Part shown: piece after piece, positions 13,360 to 23,800 of the stretch
How the letters are laid out: every line of letters starts with the position of its first letter
Numbering within the stretch: position 1 is the stretch's first letter
Assembly: GCA_964016885.1 (NCBI GenBank)
Contig: OZ024741.1
Location: 137,020,001 to 137,084,000, forward strand
Origin: Eledone cirrhosa
Taxonomy: Eukaryota
Direction of reading: 5' to 3'
Length of the DNA: 64,000 nucleotides
Translations under genes and position numbers: made by a program
Notes under the pieces: generated by a model
Told to the model about the DNA's origin: nothing
The model's database searches: none
Seen by the model: the letters and a program-made list of their open reading frames with translations, nothing else

Positions 13360-13850
13360 GGGGGAGTTACTAGTTGAGACTAGTAAAGCCATTGTTCATC
13401 TTAGTACTCGATAGTTAAGAAAGTAGAATGTAGGTATTTTAATGATTTTCTGCCCTACGGTTGAGCTCTTACCATTTCGATAGCTAGTGGGTTACTCATG
13501 ATATATATATATATATATATATATCATCATCGTTTAACGTCTATCTTCCACGCTAACATGGGTTAGACGGGAGTTGTCTCACTTGAGGCAAGATTGGTCG
13601 GCTGACCGTGTCTCGCTCGTATAGGACTATCTGGCAGGTTTTCTATGGCTGGATGCTCTTCCTAATATGACAAGTAAATGTGTTTTGAAACAGCGAGCAA
13701 GTTTGAAATTAGAAATAGATGCTTTTGCTGTATTTTTTACTAAAGAAATCTTAACCTGGTAATGGGGTTTAGAACCCTCTAAGAAATGGAAAAAGATGAG
13801 TATTGACGTGCATACATATATATATATATATAATATATATATATATATAT

Positions 13851-16730
13851 AGAGTGAATGACAGAATAATTAAAATAAGACTTGTTCTAAACAGAACTAC
13901 TGTGACAGTAATATCTGCATACGCGCCCCAATCCGGACTGCCTGGCGCTATAAAAGACAGATTCTATGAGACACTGATGCTCACTACCTCCCAAATAACC
14001 GACAGTGACTATATAATTATTGCTGGCGACCTAAATGGTCATGTTGGACAACATTGTGACGGCTATGACGGAATCCACGGAGGCTATGGGTTTGGTACTA
14101 GAAACGAGGAAGGCTCCAGAATCCTGGAATTCTGTGATGCGAACAACCTAACTATCTGTAACACTAACTTCAAAAAACGAGACAATCACTTGATCACCTA
14201 CAGATCAGGAGAACATACCAGCCAGGTAGATTATATCCTTACCAGAAGACGTGACAGAGTGCCTGTTGTAAACACTAAATCCCTCCCCCATGAAGAATGC
14301 ACCTCCCAACATAGACTGATAATTAGCGACCTCATAGTCAGGACGAGACGTACTAGACAACAGAAGAGGACTATCCTCAGGAGAAAAATATGGAAGCTAA
14401 AGGATCCCACAGCCAGAAATAAATTTCAAAGCATATTACTTGATGCTTTCGACAGTAAGGAAGACCAATTAGAGTCGTACAAGGTAGAGGAACAGTGGGA
14501 ATTCCTGAAAGCAAACCTGCTGATGGCGGCAGACGAAGTCTGTGGCTGGAGCAGGCCTGTAGGCAGGAGGAGAGTAACATGGTGGTGGAACAGTAAAGTG
14601 GAGGGGTCAATCAAGGCCAAAAAGCAGGCTTGGAAAGCATGGCGGGATGGGGGAAGTAGAGAAGACTATCAAGTGGCCAGGAGGGAAGCTAGGAGACAAG
14701 TGTACTTCGCAAGAAGGGAAGCAGAGGAAAGAAAGTTCAAGCATGTTCTAGCTGGGCCTTCGGAAATAATTGCTGAGATGCTGAAAGCCTCCGGTACGGT
14801 GGGACACACCATGGTCACCCGGATAGTAAACCAAGTCATACAGAATGGGGTTGTTCCGAAAGACTGGCGTAGCAGCATCATCGTTAACTGTTACAAGGGT
14901 AAAGGAGATGCCCTAGATAGGGGAAACTATAGGGGCATTAAATTAGTTGACCAGGTCATGAATGTCACAGAAACAGTTATAGCGCAACTAATCAGAGAGA
15001 GAATTGATCTAGATGAAATGCAGTTCGGGTTTGTGTCAGGCAAAAGTACCACAGACGCTCTTTTCATTGTACGACAACTACAGGAGAAGTACCTAGCTAA
15101 AAGTAAACCCTTATACTTAGCTTTTGTCGACTTGGAGAAAGCCTTCGACAGAGTCCCCCGTTCCATTATCTGGTGGGCTCTTAGAAAACTAGGTGTTGAC
15201 GAATGGCTTGTGAGAGCCATACAAGCCATGTATAAAGAAACAGTCAGCAAGGTTAGAATTAACAACGAATATAGTGAAGAGTTTAGCGTAAAAGTTGGTG
15301 TCCATCAGGGCTCTGTTCTTAGCCCCCTACTATTTATTATTGCCCTTCAGGCTATAACAGAGGAGTTCAAGACCGGCTGCCCATGGGAACTCCTATACGC
15401 AGATGATCTAACGCTCATAGCTGAATCAATGGCCGAGCTAGAGAAGAAATTCCAAACATGGAAGCACGGCCTAGAATCAAAAGGCCTTAAAATTAACCTG
15501 GCTAAGACTAAAGTTCTAGTTTGTAGGAAAGAAAATAAGGCGCCGGTCCCCTCCGGGAAATGGCCATGCTCAGTGTGTAGGAAAGGCGTAGGTAGAAACT
15601 CCATTTTATGTCCCAAATGCAAAGTATGGGTGCATAAAAGATGTAGTGGGATCACAGGTAAGCTAACTAAGAACACAGATTTTACATGTGGCCGGTGCTC
15701 TGGTGCAATAAGTAGCAGCAAGTGCCCACAAAATACTAGCTCATTCAACTGCGCAGAGGGCTCTATAGAAATAGTGGACAGCTTCCGTTACCTGGGTGAC
15801 AAAATCAGCAGTGGGAGAGGGTGCTCTGAAAGTACAGTAGCTAGAGTCAGAACTGGATGGAAAAAGTTCAGAGAGCTTATACCACTATTAGCCGCTAAAG
15901 GGTTCTCTCTAAAAATGAAAGGCAGGTTGTATGATGCCTGCATATGAACACCAATGTTGCATGGCAGTGAGACCTGGGCATTGTGTGCAGAGGATATACG
16001 CAGACTAGAGAGGAATGAAGCTTGCATGCTCCGCTGGATGTGTAATAGTAATATATGTGAACGGCAAAGCATAAACGAACTAAGGAAAAAATTAGAAATA
16101 AGAGGGATCAGATGTTGTTTACTCGAGAGAAGGCTACGTTGGTATGGTCACGTGATGTGCATGAAAGACGACAGCTGTATAACAAAGTGCAGGGCAATAA
16201 AGGTAGATGGTAGCCACGGAGAAGGCAGACCCAGGAAAACCTGGGACGACCTGATAAATTCCGACCTCACACACTTACACCTCTCCAAGACAATGTCACT
16301 GGACCGAGACCTTTGGCGGTACTCAGTAACAGAGAAGACACGCCTTACCTAAATACAAAGTAAAACCTACTAGTCAGTAGGCATCTCTAACAAAATACAC
16401 CCCCGTCCCACCCCATCCACACCGCCCCCTTCAATGCAAAGTTATGTTGGTGCCACAACATCCAGGCCGAAACAAACGAGATTGTGTAGGTGTCACGACA
16501 AAAAACACACAGTCCACGCTGTAATGTGGCCATGTAGGCAACACGGTAAAAACCTTCCAGCCCCTACCTGTAAATGTGGTTGGTGTTAGGAAGGGCATCC
16601 AGCTGTAGAAAACCCGCCAGACAGTCCTATGCGAGCAAGACAACCACTCTTGCCTCAAGTGGGAAAACCCCCGTCCAAACCCATGCAAGCATGGAACAGG
16701 GACGTTAAACGATGATGATGATGATGATGA

Positions 16731-16734
<4 letters not shown>
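13851..16734 (+). mobile_element. RTE-clade LINE, family A, 5'-truncated with an internal in-frame deletion
   Basis: APE endonuclease C-half (YAPQSG, GDLNGHVG, DYIL, SQHRL), RT (YADD), PHD-like finger; one premature TGA at 15945-15947; (GAT)n tail; (TA)n on both sides. Confidence 0.95.
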
Positions 16735-16791
<57 letters not shown>

Positions 16792-17031
16792 TTAGTTAAG
16801 CAAAACAAGACCACAAATTTCACAAGGAAGACATTATTAAAAGATTGTCAACATATTTTAGTTTGATGTAAGGAATGTAGAAAATAATAATAATAATGTC
16901 CGTTTACAATTGTTTTGCTACTCCATATAATATTTCTGGATCAGATGACTATATATCATAATTGATCTGGTTCAATTAAAAATAATTAACATATTTAAAA
17001 AACAGAGTGGCTCATCGGAACTTCAAAGGAA

Positions 17032-17314
17032 TATAAATTAAAATAATGAGAAAATGTTACATAATATAATGTTCCATATATTGGTTTTTCACTATGGTGT
17101 CTTGGTTGCATCAGTTGTCAGCCATAATCAAGCAGTATTCATCTGTCGAGGCTGCATTGTGTGAGATCTGCCTATGGGTAACAAGATGGCTGCCAAAGGA
17201 CAGATGAATACTGCTTGATTATGGCTGACAACTGATGCAACCAAGACACCATAGTGAAAAACCAATATATGGAACATTATATTATGTAACATTCTCTCAT
17301 TAATTTAATTTATA
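17032..17314. repeat. Near-perfect palindrome (foldback/MITE-like): 116-bp arms, 51-bp spacer
   Basis: 17032-17147 is the reverse complement of 17199-17314 with about 2 mismatches. Confidence 0.92.
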
Positions 17315-18079
17315 CAGAGGATTGGCAGTATCGGTAGAAGGTCGGACACCATGCTTTCTAGCATAGTTACGTCCCTTTACGATCTGAGTTCAAATCCCAC
17401 CGATTTAATGTGCATAACACTCCCTGAAACATAAGTAATACACATGTAAAGTTTGAAAGAAATCGGTTGGGTACTTCTCGAGTTTTAGGGATTCAAACTC
17501 TCACACACACACACACACACACAGACATCCTCAGTTTTATATATATAGACTAGCAGAAAACCACCCGGTGGGCGGTTTTCTGCTAGCAAATCTAGTGTAT
17601 ATACTGATATTGTTGAGATTTAGATGAGAAATGTATTTGGCACCACATGTTCACCGTCTCTCGGTGTGTCTTTTATGCATGTATAAATATATATGTTATC
17701 TATACGGTGAAATCTTTGAAATAAATATATGTTAAAACGAAAAAGGAGAAAAAGAGATTAGTGACGGAAATATAAACGTTATGATACATAAACGTTATGA
17801 TATAACGATGGAAATATATCTTCAAATGGTCCTTGGCATGGTGTCAAGTCAGAACCGCTTCGAACTGGTTACTTCTGGCTTGTGCAAGGTGTTTCTATAG
17901 CAACCAGCGATTCCCTCGGCCTCAGTGACCAAAGTCAGTGGAGAGAGGAAGGTAATGTTTCTATAGCGACAGTGTTTCTCTTGGTAGTACCAAAGTGGAG
18001 AAAGGAAGGGGAAGGTAATATTTCTGTAGCATCTACATTTGAATTTTAGGGAAGGACAGACAGACAGACAGACAAACAG

Positions 18080-18098
18080 AGAAATGCCCATATATTTC

Positions 18099-18129
<31 letters not shown>

Positions 18130-18355
18130 TATACACACAGAAATGTATATATATTTCTGTGTGTATATATATATATATATATATTACACATACAGAAATG
18201 TATATATATTTCTGTGTGTATATATATATATATTTCTGTGTGTGTATATATATATATATTACACACACAGAAATGTATATATATTTCTGTGTGTATATAT
18301 ATATATTACACACACAGAGATGTATATATATTTCTGTGTGTGTATATATATATAT
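18080..18355. repeat. Compound CACAGAAATG(TA)nTTTCTGTG microsatellite-like array
   Basis: About 5 self-complementary units separated by (TA)n. Confidence 0.85.
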
Positions 18356-18873
18356 GACCTAGAAAAACCTGGGACGAGCTGATAAACTCCGACCTCACAC
18401 ACTTACACCTCTCCAAGACAATGTCACTGGACCGAGACCTTTGGCGGTACTCAGTAACAGAGAAGACCCGCCTTACCTAAATACATAGTAAAACCTACTA
18501 CAGCCAGCAGGCATCTCTAACAAAATACACCCCGCCCCACCACCCCCACCCCATCCACACCACCCCCTTCTATGTAAAGTTATGTCAGTGCCACGCCATC
18601 CAGGTCAAAACAAATGAGATCGTGTAGGTGTCACGACAAAAAACACACAGTCCACGCTGTAATGTGGCCGTGTAGGCAACACGGTAAAAACCTCCCAGAC
18701 CCACACTGTAAATGTGGTTGGTGTTAGGAAGGGCATCCGACTGTAGAAAACCTGCCAGACAGTCCTATGCGAGCAAGACAATCACTCCTGCCTCAAGTGG
18801 GAATACCCCTGTCCAAACCCATGCAAGCGTGGAACACGGACGTTAAACGTTGATGATGATGATGATGATGATA
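18356..18873 (+). mobile_element. RTE LINE family A, 3'-terminal fragment
   Basis: RKTWDELINSDL...TEKTRLT*, then family A 3' UTR and (GAT)n tail. Confidence 0.92.
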
Positions 18874-19022
18874 TATTACACACAGAAATGAATGTATATT
18901 TCTTAGAACAAAATTATTATTAATGTTTTGCTGTTCATAACAATTGGAATTGAAAAATTACTTTTGAAATTATTAGTTATTTTACTAATGCTTAGATATG
19001 TAAAAATGAAGCAATGTTTCTA

Positions 19023-19172
19023 ATAATTGTTTCTACTTTTTTTATCGACCCCGCGAGGATGAAAGGCAAAGTTAACCTCAGCGGTATTTGAACTCAGACC
19101 GTAAAGGGACGTAACTCCATGCTATGAAGCATGGTGTCCGACTCTCTACAGATTCTGCCAATCCACCGCCCT
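19023..19172 (-). mobile_element. tRNA-headed SINE family 1 (Meta-like central domain)
   Basis: Reverse complement of the 43800..43990 copy. Confidence 0.75.
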
Positions 19173-20708
19173 AATGTCTGTACGTAAGGAGGGAGTGAGA
19201 GGGGAGAGAAATAAAGGCAGAGGTGAAGTGACGAAGTGACTCTCCTCCATCTCCCCATTCGTCACAGCGATAGAGGGGAGGAATGTTAGTGTGTTACCAA
19301 GAGAAAGAGTGAGAGTGAGAGAAACAGACAGACTAAAAGAGAGGGATAGCTGGAGAGAGAGAGAGATAGCAACCACGCGCGCACGTGTTTCCACTGTCGG
19401 CCAGACAGACAGAGAAATTGCTGGTTATATATTATCAGGAGATGAGCGAGACATGGTTACCCTATCAATCTTGCCTCATGTGGGACAATTCCTGTCTAAC
19501 CCATGCTAGCGTGGAAGATAGACGTTAAACGATGATTATGTTGATGTCATATCATCATAATCGTCTGACGTCCGATTTCGCAGCCAGCAAGGGATGGATG
19601 TGTCTACATAAACCAAGTTAGCACCGAAGCAGGGCTACTAACCTCTCAGGCAGGCCGAGGGGTCTGTATCTTGCTTACGTATGGTCATATGTTCTATTGA
19701 TTCTAGAGAAGTTGTGTCTTTTGACATAAACTGAAGGTGTTAGGAAGGGCATCCAGCCGTAGAAAACCCGCCAGACAGTCCTGAGCAAGACAACCAATCT
19801 TGCCTCAAGTGGGACAATTCCCGTCCAGACCCATGCTAGCGTGGAAAATGGATGTTAAACGATGATGATGATGATGATGAAGGGTCCTCCCAACCTTTAT
19901 ATATACATGTATATGTCAGATTGCTCTTGAGTGCTACTGGTAACATGTAACCCAGTACAACCTGTCTCATCGTCGGGTTGTCAGCGACCAAACCAACAAC
20001 CCCACCAAGCTTGCTTGGTGAGGAGGGTGATATTTGGACACCCTGCGGGATGAAATACAAGATCCGGCAAAGGGTGGAGGAACTCAGCAAAGTCAACGGC
20101 CATCCAAACAGTACTTTTTTTTTTTTCAACTGGGAGTGAAAGGCCCCCAGTTGTTGTCACAACACCAGGGAAACTGAAAAAAAAACCTGTGGCTTCGGAA
20201 GCATCTGATGATGCTGACAAGTTCTCCTTTTCGGGTATTGTTGTCGATGCTCAGATAGTGGGATTGGTTGAGTGCAAGGCCTTTCCCCACTTAAAAAACC
20301 TTCAAAGCACAGGTATTGCTTGTTCAGGATCTGTTACAAGCGATTGCAATACTTTTAGCAGAGTTTGCAGCCATCATATATATATAAGGTTCCACACTGT
20401 AAATGTAGTTGGTGTTAGGAAGAGCAACCAGCTGTAAATTTACAGTCCTCGTCAGAGTATGGTACAGTGTGGTCAACTCTTCCAGACTTGCTTTCAGGCA
20501 TGGATGACACATCTAACCTGTCCAAACATGGAAAACTGGACGCTAAATGGTGATGATGATATATAATATTATATATAATAATAATAATTATTATAATAAT
20601 ACTTGCATTGTATGACATTTTAATTTGTACAATTCAAATTTAACAATGCTTCATACAACTTTTTTTTTACTTCACATTGAAATGTAAAATTGTGTTTTTC
20701 TATTATAG

Positions 20709-20767
20709 AAGAGAGCTTCATCAAAGAAATCCTCTCCGAAACCCCGTGACATCAAAGAATGGGACAA
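20709..20767 (+). CDS. SPAG1: SPAG1 coding exon 5 (KRASSKKSSPKPRDIKEWD-K)
   Basis: ttatag acceptor, gtaagt donor; PRD..EWDK motif. Confidence 0.9.
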
Positions 20768-20817
20768 GTAAGTACATCACTTCTGTTTCATTTTTGATAT
20801 ACTTTCCCATTGGTAGT

Positions 20818-23800
20818 CATCATCATCATCATCATCATCATTTTACGTCCGCTTTTCCCTGCTTGCAAGGGTGGGACGGGTCTTATTCAGCACAGCATCT
20901 CTCCACTCGTCACGGTCCCTCGTCATCTCCACCGTGAGCTTCAATGATCTGAGGTCTGTTCTCACCACCTCCGCCCATGTTTTTCGTGGTCTACCTCTAC
21001 TACGTCTTCCTTCAACTGGCATTTCCTGGCACTTCTTCACCCATCGGTCATCCTCCATGCGCATCACATGTCCATACCACCTCAGTCTCCTCTCCCGTAC
21101 ACTACATTCTATCCCTCTCAGACACAGTTTCTCTCTCAACACATTTATGCTGGGTCGTTCACGCACATTTACACTGCACATCCAACGGAGCATGCTTGCC
21201 TCATTTCTCTCCAGCCGTCGCATATCTTCTGCGGTAGCTGCCCATGTCTCACTACCATGCAGCATCGCGCTCCTCACACAGGCATCATACAACCGGCCTT
21301 TCGTATGCAGGGAGAAACCCTTCTTCGTCAACAGAGGAAGCAGCTCCCTAAACTTCTTCCAACCCGTCCTTATTCTAGATACTATGGCCTCGGAACACCC
21401 TCCTCCCATGCTAATCTGATCTCCTAGGTACCGGAAGCTATCCACCACTTCTATAGCGCCCTCTCGCATTTGAAAAATGTGTCTATCAGTGCGACTTCTA
21501 CTGTCTAATTTCCCTGTACATCTACTGCATACATATTTCTCCCTACCTGTTAGTTTGCCTGCTATCCCGCTACATCTCTTGTGTACCCAGGACCTACATT
21601 GTGTGCATTTTATAGAATTTATGCCAGTTCCTTTTCTGCATATCGAACATGGCCATTTCCCTGACGGAATCAGGGTTTTGTCCTCTTTTCTACTCATCAA
21701 CACTTTTGTCTTAGCTAGATTTACTCTCAGTCCTCTTGCTTCCAACTGCTGTTTCCATAGCCGGAATTTATTCTCTAGCTCCTCTACTGATTCTGCCATA
21801 AGAGCCAGATCGTCAGCATAGAGAAGTTCCCATGGACAGCCAGTCTTAAACTCCTCTGTTATGGCTTGGAGGACTATAATGAACAAGAGCGGGCTGAGGA
21901 CCGAACCCTGATGTACTCCTACTTGTATCTGGAATTCCTCACTAAACTCCATTCCTACCCTGACTTTACTGAGAGTACCTCTGTACAAAGTTTGCACTGT
22001 CCTTACAAGCCATTCCTCAACACCCAGCTTCCTTAGGGACCACCAGATGACAGATCGGGGTACCCTATCAAAGGCCTTCTCTAGGTCAACAAAGGCCAAG
22101 TATAGTGGCTTATTCTTCTCTAAGAACCTCTCTTGCATTTGTCTCACCAAGAAGAGGGCATCTGTTGTACTCTTCCCAGGCACAAAACCAAACTGCATCT
22201 CATCTAGTTTGACCCTTTCTCTAATTAGTTGTGCTAAAATCCTTTCTGCCACTTTCATAACCTGATCTATCAGTTTTATACCCCTATAATTGCTCCTCTC
22301 CAAAGCATCCCCTTTACCTTTGTAGCAATTTATGAGAATACTGCTGCACCAGTCTTTGGGTATGACACCACCATATATAGCCTGATTGATTATGCGTGCA
22401 ACCAGTTTAGTGCCTACGTCCCCTGATGCCTTCAGCATCTCAGCAACTATTCCCGATGGTCCGGCCGCCTTACCATTTTTCATTTCCCTAATCGCCTCTT
22501 GGACCCTATATTCGTCAATCTCAATAGCTGGTCCCTCTGTCGGATCTACCAAGGGTAATTTCTCTCTCTCCCATTCGTTCTCCACATTCATCAGTCTCTC
22601 ATAATGGCATTTCCAGGCCTCCTTTTTCTGGTCATTCGTGACACTAAGTACACCGGCATCATCCCGGACACATTTATCACCAACAACATCCTGATTTGCA
22701 TTGACACACTGCCTTGCAATGTGGAACACCGCACGCCTCTGATCTTCCCGTCGCAGAACATTGGCAAACCTCCTACTCTCTGCCTCCCTGCGTGCTAAGT
22801 ACACCTGACGTCTAGCTTCTCTCTTAGTGGCTGTATATTCTTCCCTACTCCCACCCTTATTCCAAGCCTTCCATGCTAGTCTTTTGTCTCTAATAGCCTT
22901 ATCTACACTGCTGTTCCACCACCAGGTCACTCTCTGTCTGGTTGGGGCTCTGCTCCAGCCACAAGTTTCATCAGTAGCCTTCAGCAAGTTGTCACGTAAG
23001 AACTTCCAGTTATTATCTATGTCATACGTCTCTAAATCGTCTTCTTTTTCGTCATATACATCTTGAAGGGCTTTCCTAAATTTGAATTTTAGTGAAAGGT
23101 CTTTTAGCTTCCAGACCTTTCTTCTCCACACCTTCCTATATGGCTCATTCCATCTCTTGCTTACTGAGATATCACTAACAACTAACCTATGCTGTGGGGT
23201 ACATTCTTCCCCAGGGTATGCCTTGGTATTAGACACTATCTGCCTGTCCCGCTGCCTAACTAGCAGGAAGTCAATCTGGCTTATGTGCTCACCAGATTTG
23301 TAGGTTATTAGGTGATTGGCAGGTTTCTGGAAGTTTGTGTTGCAAATAGTCAATGTACTTGCATCACAAAATTCAAGAAGTCTCACTCCTTCTTCATTTC
23401 TTGAACCGTAACCATGCCCACCATGTACCCCAGTGTAACCATTCTGGAGCTGTCCAACATGACCATTGAAGTCTCCTGCTAGCATAACGATGTCTCCGTC
23501 CTCTGTCATTGTGGTTGTTTGCAAAAGTTGCTCATAAAAGCAGTCTTTCTCATCTTTGCCTAGGCCTGCTTGGGGAGCATAGACCGAGATGATTGTCAGT
23601 AGTCTCCTACCTACAACTAATCTAAGCTTAATTATTCGATTACTAACTCGAACTACCTCTATTGTCTTATTGATCCATTTCTCAGCCAGGAAAATGCCTA
23701 CTCCCCCTAACCCATCATCCTTACCTACCCAGAATAGCTTATAGCTAAGACGCTTGCCTACGACTAGTCTCGCAGAGGCACCTCTCCATCTCACCTCTTG

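Noticed and set aside
17849-18382. ORFs rich in YIYI/CVCV (also 1200..1415, 16431..16823, 51086..51268)
   Set aside because: These are translations of (TA)n/(CA)n microsatellites
20871-23303. Several + strand ORFs overlapping the intact LINE (and equivalent antisense ORFs in the other copies)
   Set aside because: Antisense shadows of the RT frame with no recognisable domains
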